From assembly GCA_030390025.1 (NCBI GenBank), contig CM059432.1, forward strand, positions 131,690,001 to 131,754,000: a DNA stretch of 64,000 bases, written 5' to 3'. This stretch comes from Squalus acanthias (taxonomy: Eukaryota). The notes beneath the pieces are model-generated. The model ran no database searches. It had not been told where the DNA came from and saw only the letters and a program-made list of their open reading frames with translations. Made by a program: the position numbers and the translations under genes. Shown in pieces: positions 50,442-62,829 of the stretch (positions are counted from its first letter, which is position 1; every line of letters begins with the position of its first letter).

Positions 50442-52745
50442 ATGGAGAGGCCCAGGGAACGAGCTCAGCGCTTCAGCGACCGGGCCTTGGTGGCTCTGGT
50501 TGGCGCAGTGGAGTGCCGAAGGTCAGTACTCTACCCACAGAGTGGCAGGAGGCCATTGCCACGCGAATATAGAAGAGTGTGGAGGGAGGTGGCTCAGCAC
50601 GTCTCCTCCAGGAGCATGGTGCCCAGGACCCCACCCAATGTCTGAAGAAGTTCAACGACCTCACTCGGGTGGTCAGGGTGTTTAAAAAGCCCAAATGCCC
50701 AACACTCATCCAAGACCTATGGCCATCTCATAAAACACACACGCACATTCCACACCTTGCATACATTAAGGACTATTCAACAATGGGATGCAAATCAGGC
50801 AAGCACATGGCTGCACATTTACTCAGACGCCGTCCTTTTTCTTACAGGCCAAGCTATCTCATAACAGGTGCCAGCAGCAACGTACAGGTGGAGGACCGGC
50901 TGAGCTGCAGACCCTCAGCGATTTGGAGGCACACTTGCACAGGATCGTTGCCAGCCAGGTGATAGGTGCCGTGGCCGCTGGAGAGGTCGACCCCCTTGGG
51001 GACAGCAATGGTAAGTTCATCAGCTTTCTCTCCTCTCTCATTCCACTTGCCCCTCACAACACCAGCCTTTAACACTTTCAATCCAACTTACTAAATGTCT
51101 CCAGTCCTTGCTCCATTACTGCCCCCCTGTCCTGACGCTAAAGCCACTCTTGTACCTCTCTGCTTTCAGATAGTGAACCACCAGCTGAGCAGCCTGTCCC
51201 TCAACCTACCAGTGGGAGCGACGGCCCAGGCGAGGAGGAGGAGGAAGCCGGAGCCTCAGCGCCTGCGTCTCCCAAGGGAGCCCATGCCCACACTGGGACC
51301 ATGCCTTCCCTGGAGGGGAGATGGGGGGAAGGGTCTGATGAGGACAAAGCTCTGGGACACAGCGGGCTGCAGCAACGCCATGGGGGTAGGGAAACTCGGG
51401 GGCCATCTCCCCGGAGGGCGAGTAGGCAAGTGAGTCCTGCTGCACTGGATACAGAGGGGGAGCGCCTCATCGCGGAACTGAATAGCCAGGCCTTGAACAT
51501 GCGCATTCAACTCATGGGTGCAATGGCAAGGGTGCCCGAAAGCATTGATGGACTGGCAAGGAGTGTGGAGCACTCCGCTGTAGCACAGGCTGACGCAACG
51601 CAACGGCTTAGTGCTGCAATTCAGTCACTGGCTGCTACCATCCAATCTCAGACTGCTCTCATGCAGTCTCAGATTGATGTAACGCAAGCACTGACTGCTG
51701 CCATCGTCGCTGGTTCGGCCACATTACCCCGGGGCTTTCACAGTGCCACAGCAGGCCAGCAATCTGTGCTCCAGCAGATTGCTCCAGATGCTGAGGTGCT
51801 GCCCCATGGGAGTGCCAGTGTGTCGGTCGAGCAGGGAGGTGCTGTCCTCTCTCAGGATGACAGCATTCCTGCTCCCACCACTGTCACTTCCCCATTGCAC
51901 TTGCCACCGCTTGCAACACAGCCAGCCCAGACTGCTGCCGCCCATGCAGAGTTGGTGCAGTCTGCAGCTGGGGCCTCCAGGCTGTCGAAGTTTCGACTTC
52001 CGAGTAAGACTCTTTAAACATAAAGTATCGTCAAAGGAAGGTTTTATTAATTTACTTGCTGCAAGGAGGGTGCAACCATAGTCAAATTCGGCTATGATGA
52101 CACCCTGCAAATACAAAAAACTGCTACAAATTTATACACAGAAAAATACAAGCTTCCTATATCACATGACATGGTAATAAATCATTAATTGACAGCATAG
52201 TGCCTATAAAAACAAGTTAAAAGAGTATTTGTGTATACATAAAAGGACTTTCTAAAGGTCATAAAGATTTAAAACAGCAGAAATCCCTTGAGATAAGGCT
52301 AACTAAATCCCTTCTAAAGGGGGGACGTGTGATTTCTCCCACCACACCATCTAGAATTCAAGGGAGATAGTGATTCACGCTATGGCCTTGGTTATCTTAA
52401 GCTCGTTAGAGAGAGACTTCTTTGTTCTACAAACGTAAGTTATTTATTGGGGGCAATTAAAACAGTCTACAAACTGAAATTCCTACATTAGGTTGAAACT
52501 ATAAACAATTGGCTAATCTTTCTAACAGACATTGTGTAGGCCATTTTAGATTTTATATTCTGTGTCTTAGGAAGCCATATTGTGTCCAAGAAGCCATTTT
52601 GTGTCCAACTAAAAATACACTTCCACAAGGCCCAGAGCTGGTCGAGGGCGTCTTTCCTGGGCATCTGTAATCTCAGCATCTGACATTCAGCAGCCTTCCA
52701 CCAGCCTTGCTGCAGCCACTGGGGCCCCATTACGGAGGAGCAGTA
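50442..52745 (+). pseudogene. Harbinger ORF2 Myb/SANT protein (exons 50442-50677, 50848-51010, 51170-52745), frameshifted and interrupted by an LTR
   Basis: MERPRERAQRFSDRALVALV...WREVA...(frameshift)QCLKKFNDL; splice sites ttacag|, |gtaagt, tttcag| keep the frame. Confidence 0.85.
51983..52627 (-). mobile_element. Solo LTR, 645 bp
   Basis: TG...CA termini with inverted ends TGTCGAAGT / ACTTCCACA, perfect 4-bp TSD AGGC, reverse-strand AATAAA near 52045. Confidence 0.85.
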
Positions 52746-53983
52746 GGGTGGGAAGGGGGGAAGTGTGCAGGGGATGGAGATCACCCTCGAAGGGCAAAGA
52801 ATAGGGGGTCTAAATAAATGTTGGGAATGTTTGTAGTAAAGGTCGAAGTTCATCTGATAACATTTGTTTGCTGTTTTGGCGTTTTTCTCCAGCTTGTGAG
52901 AACCAGTTCTGTAAATTCATGATTTGTTGTGTTTGTTTCTAATTGTTTGTCCTGAATAAATGACACACACAGAGTTTGTTAAATAAAAAAGTTGTTGTAT
53001 TCAAAATTTACATTTTTGGCCTTTGGAATCATTGCAGCTTTGGCCGGCTACAGGGGTTGCGGGTTGCTTTCCATGATGTTGTTCTCCATGCCAGAAGCCA
53101 TCTTCTGAGTAGGGTTCTAGAAGAGGCTTGTTATCAGCCGTTGACGGATGGCCCTTACAGTGGCAACATTGTGGGCCTCCCTCCCACCTTGTTGCTGCTG
53201 CTGATCATCCTCCTCTTCCTCCTCCTCTGCCTCCTCCTCCGGTGGCGTTGGCTGGTTCCTGAGGATTGCAAGGTTATGAAGAATGCAGCAAACAACTATG
53301 AAGAGGGAGACTCGCTCAGGAGAGTGGAACCGTTGCTTGAAGACGCCGATCACTGCTCAATTATGTTCCTGGTGGCGATATGGCTCTCATTAAAACGCAG
53401 CTCGGCAGGGGTGTTCGGGTTACAGAATGGTGTCATCAGCCAGGTGCAGAGTGGATAACCCTTGTCCCCGAGGAGCCAACCACTTGGCTGATGCGGTACC
53501 TGGAAAAGGTCTGGCACACCAGTCTGGCGCAGAATGAAAACATCGTGGCTGCTGCCAGGATAGCGGGCATTGACGGCTTAATTTCTCAGGAATATCTTGC
53601 TATGTTTAACTTCTCAAGGTTTTTTGTTTACTGAAATATCTCACTTTCTTTTAATTTTTAGATTAGATGAAATATATCAGTTTTCCTTGGGTAAATCAGC
53701 AGTGGCTAGCTATGCCTTCAATTCAAATCGATCAAAAGGGTGCTGAGGTTGTTTCCCAGGTTGTGCATAATTAATTTGTTTCAAAGAAACTAAAGTATAC
53801 AAGCTTAATTGATTCTCTCAGATTTTTCATGTTTTTTTAATTTCTTAAGTTCCTAACATAGCGGAGAGAGGACATTCAGATCTCGTATTATCTCACACCG
53901 TAATTTCAGGGCCGCATGTTAATTAACTTTAGGAGTTCTTTTTCCTCTCAGTACAGTGACTGCACTCTTGGATTTGGTACTAA

Positions 53984-54870
53984 GGGGGAGAAATTCAGTA
54001 TCGCCCCATTTGGGGCGCAATTATCGGCTGGGCGCAAAGATTAGCGCCTGGCGCTAATTATCGCCACCGACTGCAAACTTGACTTTTATCGCCCCTGGAG
54101 GTGATTGGAGCGCTAAATCAGGCGCTTCACACCTGTCTTAAGGCGCAAAGGCCGAGGAGCGAGGCGCTACCTCAGAGCGCTGGCGAAGCTCATGTGATGT
54201 CAGTCAGCAATGGAACACACACACAATGGCGCCGGCCAGTTCATAAAGGGGAGGGTTGATCTTGCTTTCCATCCACATCCTGCTCATTGCAGCCTTGAAT
54301 CTCGGCCTGGAGAGACCTGTACATCAAATCTGCTGGAAAGAACAATGGAGAGTACCAGGGAAAGAGCTCAGAGTGCAGCCCCCACAGTCTCTTCTAAATC
54401 GATACAAGGAAGGGCAAATCAAAATGAACCTGCTCAGTACCCAAAACTCCTTCTCACCACGTTGAATCTCTCCAGAAGTCTCTCTCTCTCTCTCTCTCTC
54501 AGAATGCGTGGTTCAAAAATGTCACCAACAATAAAAGGCAGGAAGCGGTCGCCTTTAAATAGCGCTCCCCCTTTCCCTTCCTGACTGCAAAACGCTCCCC
54601 TCAACCTGTCGTTGCTAGCGGCAGGCGGTAAGGCAGGGGGCGCCACTCAATATCCGCTCCGGGGCGATACCGGGGCGTTGCGCACTCGACTGACATCACG
54701 ATCTGCCGGTGCAGGAGATCGTGGCGGTAGTGTTTAGCGCCGCCGCAAAATGTCTAGTTAATTTCGCTAGCGGCGCAAACATCGCCGCGCCCGGGCGCTA
54801 GATGCTTTGCGCCCCATTAGCGCCCTCTTAAGGCACTAACTGGAGGCACAACCAACTGAATTTTTCCCCC
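53984..54870 (+). mobile_element. Non-autonomous Harbinger (family B), second copy
   Basis: TIR GGGGGAGAAATTCAGT / ACTGAATTTTTCCCCC, flanks TAA/TAT; near-identical reverse complement of 46733-47613. Confidence 0.92.
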
Positions 54871-55315
54871 TATGTTTATAGGCTTAGTGATATGCTTTAG
54901 GCATCAAAACTCAAATGTTAACATGGGCAGGTTAGTCCCACTCCCTAAGGAGCACTCAGGGTCTGGGGAATTTTGAATGAACACTGGGTAAATTGTACTG
55001 CAGAAGGTGCACTTTCTATTTAACTGATTTGTTAGTCTAAAAGCTATGAAGTGATTTTGAGATGGAGCAAATTGCAATCCTGATTTGCTAATTAGTAGGA
55101 TTAACAGAATAAAGTTAAAATAATTATAGTTTTGGCTTGTTTGCATATTTCTGGCTAATAATTCACTACCTGTTAGGAAATGGATGGATTAGAAAATATA
55201 TTAAAGAGGCAATGATTTCATAACTAGTGTTTGGCAAATCTTTTATTTAATAAACACATAATGCAATGTATTAAGTTGTATCAAAGCACATAGAAAGGGT
55301 TCGACACGAAACCAT

Positions 55316-56470
55316 GGCCGGAATTTTGCCAGTCCTCAGATTGCGGGATTGGAGGCGGGACCGCTGTCAAAACGGGCAACACGGTGACATAGTGGTTAGC
55401 ACTGTTGCCTCACAGCGCCAGGGACCCGGGTTCGAATCCGGCCTCGGTGACTGTCTGTGTGGAGTTTGCACATTCTCCCCGTGTCTGCATGGGTTTCCTC
55501 CGGGTGCTCCGGTTTCCTCCCACAGTCCAAAGATGTGCGGGTTAGGTTGATTTGGCTATGATAAATTGACCCTTAGTGTTAGGGGGATTAAATACGTGGG
55601 GTTACGGGGATAGGGTGGGATATGTGTCGGTGCAGGCTCGATGGGCCGAAATGGCCTCTATCTGCACTGTGGGGATTCTGTGATTCTGTGAAAATCGCAA
55701 AGATTGACAGCGGTTAGGAAACCTGCTGTCAACCCGCCTCCAATCAATCTTCCCAAGTGTCGGGTCCCCGATTTGCGCATGGACCCGACACCTAGCAGCG
55801 GGAAGAGGATTATAGCCACTTACCTGCCTGTTAACAGGTACTTGATACTTGTTAACAGGCTCTTTTTCAATGTTGCCGCTTCTGCCTCGGGTTTCCCGAC
55901 ATCCGAACACCACGCCAGGTAAGTGTGGCGTGTTGTGAGTCTGCTGTTATGTTTCTGCATTGATGACAGCTGCAGAAGTGGTTTGAAGGATCCAATGGTG
56001 CACTGGTGAGTTTCAGAGGTAAGAAAATGTTGGGAAAATCATTTTTAATGCATTTACACTTTTCTGTAGGTAACAAGTTTTGAATTGGATGTCTAGTCCC
56101 ACCTCATTGGGAGAACCTCTCTCACCAGTGACAGATCGCTTCTGTAACCTCACCTGCAGCTGCCATTCGTTCAAGCCTATGGAGGGAGTCATTGTAGAGC
56201 CTGGGTGCAAGAGCTCACCTTTGTCCAGTCATTGTCAGTGTTTGCAGCACCTCAATGCTGTCAAACACTGAGAAATGAGCTGTCAAAGAAAAGTTGTGCG
56301 TGATCCCTTTAAGAAAACCGGCAGATGACGCGTCATCAAATGACGTCATCTGACCGGCTTCCTCTTAATTGGCCGGCAAGCCCGCAGGGCGGGCTTAACA
56401 AGGCCAATCGACGTAAAATCACGTCCGTTGGCCGGATGCAGTTAGGGGCGGGACTGGAACCCAGAAACCA
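55316..56470. mobile_element. Partial non-autonomous Harbinger (related to 3530-6272 and 59566-62829) carrying an HE1 SINE
   Basis: Left end GGCCGGAATTTT; Myb-start relic 56080-56240(-); 56230-56400 resembles 5005-5180. Confidence 0.6.
55374..55690 (+). mobile_element. HE1-like V-SINE (tRNA-derived)
   Basis: tRNA-like head with A/B boxes (agtggttagcac, ggttcgaatcc), V-domain ggagtttgcacattctccccgtgtctgc...tttcctcccacagtccaaaga, CR1-like tail gattctgtgattctgtg. Confidence 0.9.
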
Positions 56471-56540
56471 GCTGACCCTGTTTCTCTCTCCTCGATGCTG
56501 CCTGACCTGCTGAGTGTTTCCAGCATTTTCTGTTGTTATT

Positions 56541-57335
56541 ACATAGAAACAGGAGTAGGCCATTCAGCCCCTCGAGCCTGCTCTGTCATTCAATTACATT
56601 ATGGCTGACCTGTACCTCAACTCCATTTACTCGCTTTTGCTTCATATCCCTTGATACCCTTACCTAACAAAAATCTATCGATCTCAGTCTTGAAAACTGC
56701 AATAGTCACAGCATCCACAGCCTTTTGGGGGAGAGAATTCCAGATTTCTACTACCCTCTGTGTGAAAAGGTGCTTCCTGATTCCCTCCTAAATAGCCCAG
56801 CTCTAACTTTAAGATTATGTCCTCTCATTCTTGATTCCCCCATCAGAGGAAATAGATTCTCTGTATCTACCTATCAAATCCTTTTAACATTTTCAACACC
56901 TCAATCAGATCACCCCTCAATCTTCCATACTCAAGGGCATACATGCCTTTTACGCAACCTGTCCTCATAACTTAACCTTCTAAGCCCTGGTATCATCCTG
57001 GTGAATCTGTGCTGCACCCTCTCCAATGCCAATATATCCTTCGTGAGGTGCGGTGCCCAAAACTGAATACAGTACTCCATATGGGGTCTGACCAAGGCTC
57101 TGTACAACTGAAGCATCACTTCCTCCCCTTTGTAATCTAGCCCCCTTGAGATGAAGGCCAACATTCCAGCTTTCTTGATTGCTTTTTGTACCTGTCTCCT
57201 AGCTTTTAATGATTTTTGTACTTGGACTTCCTAAATCTCTTTGCTCCTCTACAGTTCCTAGTTTCTCACTATTTACAAAATACACCGATTTACCTTTCTT
57301 AGGCCCAAAGTGGATGACCTCACACTTGCCCACAT
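56541..57335 (-). mobile_element. CR1-type LINE 3' fragment
   Basis: ORF 56931-57164(-) LAFISRG...LYRALVRPHMEYCIQFW. Confidence 0.88.
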
Positions 57336-58139
57336 ACCAAAACTCATGAGTGGATCACTTCCATGTGACGCATCATGATGAAAATGATACACTGCTGTTC
57401 TCACTCTTTCCCTTCCCAAACGAGATTGCCAAACCTTTTTTCACAAAGATAGTAACCCTTTAAAGGTAGAGAACTAAGGTAGCACAATAACAAAGAAATG
57501 ATCTCTTTCCCCCCAAAAAAAAGATAAACAGACTAGCTCTTGTGCTGGAGGAGGATGAAGCATGATGAAACATGCCCAGGGCTTGTTGAGATGGAGAACA
57601 TGGAGTGGCCGGCTTGCAAACATGGTCTCGATTTCATAGTAGGATCCAGATGCAGTTTTCAGCTCTTAGTATTGAGCCAGATAAACATTTTGATTGTTTA
57701 CATTTCTTTACAGTGGCATCATTTTCATGTGTCCTCTTAATTTGATAGTCAGGCTTGTTCAAATAAACACACTGAGAGAACAGTGGGAGCAGTTGTTTTA
57801 TACATAGAGGGCCAATGGGTTAATCACTAGAAACATTCCATGGAAACAACAGTTGTGCCAGAGAGGGAAGAAAAGTGGAGGGAATATGTTTGGCCATGTT
57901 CTCTTGGCAGCGCTTCACCTTTTGGGTGATTGTTGTTTGGCAGTTAATGTTTATGCTTTTATTTTCACATCTGAAAGGTTTTGATAGAGTAAGTATGGAG
58001 AAACTGTTCCACTGTTCAGGAGGGTTGGTAACAAGAGTACACAGATTTAAGATAATTGGCAAAAGAACCAGAGGGGAGATGAGGAGAGAAAAAAATTACA
58101 CAGCGAATGGTTATGATCTGGAATGCACTGCCTGAAAGG

Positions 58140-58340
58140 CAGTTAGAAAGATTAACTGTAGTCGTCTGACATTATTCTCTGACTATATATGCTGTGCCCA
58201 TATGCATTTCTTCACTTCACCTGACGAAGGAGCAGCGCTCCGAAAGCTTGTGATTTCAAATAAAGCTGTTGGACTATAACCTGGTGTTGTGCGACTTCTC
58301 ACTTTTGTCCACCCCAGTCCAACACCGGCATCTCCGCATC
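58140..58340 (+). mobile_element. Short Penelope-derived insertion carrying a hammerhead motif
   Basis: Flanked by a 12-bp duplication CTGCCTGAAAGG (58128-58139 and 58341-58352). Confidence 0.75.
58217..58253 (+). ncRNA. Minimal hammerhead ribozyme motif
   Basis: TCAC-CTGACGA-A-GGAGC-AGC-GCTCC-GAAA-GCTT-GTGA: perfect stems I and II, intact core. Confidence 0.72.
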
Positions 58341-59255
58341 CTGCCTGAAAGGGTGGTGGAAGCAGATTCAATAGTAACTTTCAAAAGGGAATTGGATATA
58401 TACCTGAAAAGGGAAATTTTGCAGGACTTTGGGGGAAAGAGCAGGGGAGTGGGACTAATTGATAGCTCTTTCAAAGAGTGGTGCAGCCATGATGGGCCAA
58501 ATGGCTTCCTTCTACCTGCATGATTTTATGATTCTACCTACCACATGCTCTATAGAATATTGAACTTTAAGGCATATGGGGTAATTTTACAAAATCACGC
58601 TCCTGGTGCAAAGCAATGCCTGCCGGGCTGCAATTTTGTAAAAATGCCACTATGGTGTGAAGCTGTTAGCTAATTTGGCTTAAGTCTGTTCAAGGCTATT
58701 GAGCTCATACGCCCAGAGAAGAAAAGGCTAAATCACTTGGTTCCTTGTGTAGAATGAAACAAAAAAGTTAGTGAGATAGGGAAAAGTTATGAAGAAGGTA
58801 GAATTGGACATGCAGAAGTGTGAGCATTATAGTAAATCTAGGGAGAGTTTTTGTTCTAAGTGCTTCATCAATTTATAGAGACCAATACCCACTTCAAGTG
58901 CTGGAAAGGACCAGAAGGTCCATGTTGCCCTCCAAGTTCTGCATCATTCTCTAGCCAGGAAAATTGGAGAATCCTGTGCTGAGCAGGTCTGGCTCCTGCT
59001 CCGCTCTGTACAATTTCCCAGAGGGGGCCTAAAACAGGCATTAGGCCCCTCATTTAGATATGTTAAGGGGTCGGATTCCTGTTTTAGACAGCTTCCAGGG
59101 ACGCGTGAAAAATGGCCTGACCCAATATCGGGACAGATGTCTTTCAGGCGTCCTCTGGGCACGGGTTTTTGGTCCCCGAAATTGGCCCTCATTGTGCATG
59201 TTTTATGCTCATAAAATGAGCACAATGAGGTCCAACTTCTAGGCCACTAATTACA

Positions 59256-59565
59256 TGGGCAAAACAATAGCAGAGGGAGTTCAATGTGAGGAAGTGTGTA
59301 GTTATCCACTTTGGATCCAAGAAAGACAAATCAGAATATTTTCTGAATGGTGAGAGACGAGGAGCTGTGGAGGAGCAAAGGGATTTGGGTGTCCACGTGC
59401 ACAGATCATTAAAAGCTAGTGCATAGTTACAAAAAGTATTCAAAAAGGCTAATGGGATATTGATCTTTATTTCAAGAGGATTGGAATATAAAAGTGAGGA
59501 AGTAATGCTTCAGTTGTACAGAGCCTTGGTCAGACCCCATCTGGAGTATTCAGTTTTGGACACTG
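59256..59565 (+). mobile_element. CR1 LINE fragment split by a Harbinger insertion (continues at 62830-62870)
   Basis: FISRGLEYKSEEVMLQLYRALVRPHLEY; resumes as ...LRKDILALEGVH after the element. Confidence 0.8.
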
Positions 59566-62500
59566 GGGCCTCGATTTTAATGGAGGAGGCGGGATGGAGT
59601 CGGGTTGCCTGGTGGGCGGGTTTCGGACCCGCTGCCGGTTTCAGCCACCCCCGATGTTCCATTTTGATTTAATTGGACCAATTAATCCCATCGTGCGCAC
59701 TGCCTGCTGCATTGACTGGGAGTGGGTCTGTTGGTCTGCACTGATGAGGTCATTGCTGCACTTGTTTTTAAGGGCTCCATGTAGCCTCAGCCTCTCATTT
59801 CTCGTTACTGCTGCAGCTTGAATGGGCCAAGGTAACCATGAGTGCTGCAAAATCCAAGGCTGCTCCCCGACTCACTGAGGACTCCCTGCAAGCTCTTGTG
59901 CAGGGAGTAAGAGGATGCAGGGAGATTCTGTTCCCTCCCGATGGCCGGAGAAAGCCTCCATTGCAGACAAAGGCAGCCTGGCTGGATATTGCTGAAGAGG
60001 TAAGCGCAAGGACGCTCTGTACATGCACCTGGGTCCAGTGCCGAAAACGCTTCAATGATCTTCTGCGAACATCAAAAGTGAGAATCACATCACACTTACC
60101 TTCAAACTGCTTCCCTTCTCTTCTCATCACCAGCACTCTGCATTGTCAGCCTGCTCCTCCACATCCCATCTTACCCTTACTTCCCTTGCACCCTTACCTC
60201 TCCTATCTCTCTCTGTGTACTGAATCACTTCACCATCCTACTACAGCCCTCACACTTGGTCTCACTGTTATGCAATGACAACAACTAACAACGCACAGGG
60301 AGGCAGCTTCCTCTTGTCACCTCACTCCATCTTGGTCTCCCTCTAAGCGTCTAGGTTTTGGATTCTTCACACTCACTCCATCACTCTCGCTGAAACTCCA
60401 CTTGTGTCCCTCCTTGCAGGAAAAGCTAGCCCACAATAAGAGGGAGAGAGCAAAGACAGGAGAAGGCATACCATCCCTGGCCACATTAACATACGCTGAG
60501 GAGGCTGCTCATGACATCATGGGAGGTGGCGAGGAGCTGGAAGTGGGGGAAGGAGAGACGGGCGCAGTTGAGGAAGCTGGTGACAGAATGCATTTTCATC
60601 CCTTGCATTTACAATTCATGATTGACTGCAATGGCATATGATGCTCATAGAGATTGACTTCTGATCATCTGCACAAAAGGATGAGTCTGCTACCTGAAAA
60701 TCTGATGTCTAACTCATGCCTTTACTCTCTCACAGGACCATCGAGAGACCCCCTCCTCACTGTCCAGGAGGAAGAGCCGGACGACTCCTCAGAGGAACCT
60801 GGAGCCTCAGAGGAAGCAGCAACACCAGGACTCAGCATACCCAGCACCAGCGCAGCAACGCACACCTCGGCGGGGCCTTCGCAACATAGAGTAGTGTTGT
60901 CACCTGGTGTATCACAGCTCACAAGTGAGTATCAGCAGATGGTGGAGACGGCGACAGCAGTGGAGAGTCCTCGTCAGAGGTCGCACGATTCTCCTAGATC
61001 TGCTCAGCTGCACGTAGACGCTGTGCCTCTGGGGCCATCCAAAAAGAGAGCGGAGCTGGAACTCCAGGAACAAGTGCAGGAGTCTCTGACAGGGTGGGTT
61101 TGCAGCCAGGGTAACTGCAAATGAGCAGAGAATGGAGGAGTCCATCTCTAACATGAGCACTGCCTTTGTGGAGGCAATGGCGCATGAACGCTCTGCAATG
61201 GAGAGGGTGGCAACCGCCATGGAGGACATAAGTCACCAGACTAATGAAAACATGGTGACTCTTCAAAATAGATTGTCTGCAATGGAGGAGAGATGGGCAT
61301 CTATTGAGGAGAGACACTGGAGCTTCATGGACGTCCTTGTTATGAGGACTGCCAGTAGAGAGACGGGTCCTCATGGTCCCCCTGATGCGCAGCAAGGTGC
61401 TCTCCAGCCATTTGCTAGCACTGAAGTGCGGCTGACCCATGAGAGGGATGTTGGTGGCAGGCAACAAGGAAGTGTGGGCTCCTCTCCAAGCGCTCACACG
61501 AAAATGCCACTGCGGAGCATTCGGTCAGAGCCCCACATTCCACACCAAACTGAGATGGCCGTCTCAGCCCCTGCACAGCCGCAGGAAGAGCAGACTGTGG
61601 AGGAGAAATGCCAGGCTACCAAACCCAGAGGACACCCACCAAAGATGTCTAGGCAGGCGCAGCATCAAAGTGAGCAAGGTGCCTCTAGATCTGCTGAAGC
61701 CACAGGGGAAGCACCACGTAGAAGCACATGTAAGAGGAAGTTAACACACAAATAGTCACAAGGGTAGTCACATTGGTGTTTTATTGTGCTGTAAATTATT
61801 GAGTGTCCTCCTATTGTGATGTCATTAAACAAAAGTGATGGCTAGCAGTTGAGGTTCTGGTCTATGTGTTCTGGGAAATGGAAGTTACACAGTGAGGGCT
61901 CAGGGCTAATTCCATTTATAATGATGGTGGTGACAGTGATTGGAAAGCACCGTTTATTGGACAGATGATGTATGGTGTGTTAAGAATCTTGACCTTATCT
62001 TCATCTCCATCTGCCAGCCACCTGTGTTTGAAGTGTAAGCTCATGTAAATCTGGCATGGATGAGTGCATCCCTTGCCTGACGGCCATCAATGTGGTCGCT
62101 TGCTGCTGGATTGGCCACATCCGGCCCCGCAAGGCATCACTCCCCATCCTCCTCCTCGTCCTCTTCCCCTTCATCTTCTTCCAAGGAGGCTGTGTGCTGA
62201 GCCACTTGTTCATCCGGCAGCACTAAGCCGCACTGCTCTTCCTCCGAATCTGATGACCAGGATGAGAGGATGTAAATAGTTACCATCCCGTTGATATAGA
62301 TTTCAGTTGAGGCAAGAAGCTTGCAAGCGCACATTCAAAGTGGCCTGAAATTATTCCAATCAGTTGAAACAGCAGATGTGTGTCAACTTGACCAGTCACA
62401 AGGTCAGTAGATTTGCTAAATCTTAACCCAAACCTCCAACAACAAAGTTGTTGCATTTGAATGCCAGCGATGTTACAGGAGCGCTTTTAAAATTCTACAC

Positions 62501-62829
62501 CAATAATGACTACATATCATGTTCTCCACCAACTCGTCTCCTTGCAGCAGGACTGTTTCTGACAAGACGGGAAACAGGAGCCAGAGGCACGAAAATGGGA
62601 AACCTCTATCAAAATAGGATTATCATGGCAGTTAACAGGCTCTTAACTGCCTTAACTACCTGTCCCAACTGGTTGGAGTTGGGTCAGTTTGGGAGCAGCT
62701 GAACAGACACTCACGAAAATCGCGTGGGGGCGGGATGGAGGCGGGTTGGGCGTCTGAAGCCATTTTTTCCAATTTTAGCTGCTGACACGCCTCCAATCCC
62801 GCCTCCTCAGGGCTGTTAAAATCGAGCCC
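59566..62829. mobile_element. Internally deleted Harbinger retaining ORF2 but only a transposase tail relic
   Basis: TIR-like GGCCTCGATTTTAA / TTAAAATCGAGCCC, CTG duplication, inserted in a CR1. Confidence 0.88.
59838..61755 (+). pseudogene. Harbinger ORF2 Myb/SANT (NAIF1-like) protein, exons 59838-60077, 60420-60579, 60736-61755, one frameshift near 61100
   Basis: KAAPRLTEDSLQALV...KAAWLDIAEEV...WVQCRKRFNDL|gtgaga; ttgcag|EKLAHNKRERAKTG...|gtgaca; cacag| exon 3. Confidence 0.85.

Larger units (their letters stand above)
50081..53577. mobile_element. Truncated autonomous-type Harbinger (family B): Myb ORF2 (+) and transposase 3' part (-)
   Basis: Left end GGGGGAGAAATTC shared with the family B MITEs; transposase remnant 53117-53577(-) with YPGSSHD, GDKGY, KQRF, CCILHN. 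Confidence 0.9.
57970..58535 (+). mobile_element. CR1-type LINE 3' end, interrupted at 58140-58340
   Basis: KGFDRVS...TRVHRFKIIGKRTRG...WNALPE; tail attttatgattcta. Confidence 0.8.

Noticed and set aside
50081..54870. Single composite transposon from the parent left end to the MITE right end
   Set aside because: Outer flanks (ATT versus TAT) do not form a TSD, and the MITE has its own two ends.
55374..55445. tRNA gene
   Set aside because: The A/B-box head continues into a V-SINE body and LINE-like tail; likewise the heads near 24690-24755 and 29360-29425 belong to SINEs.
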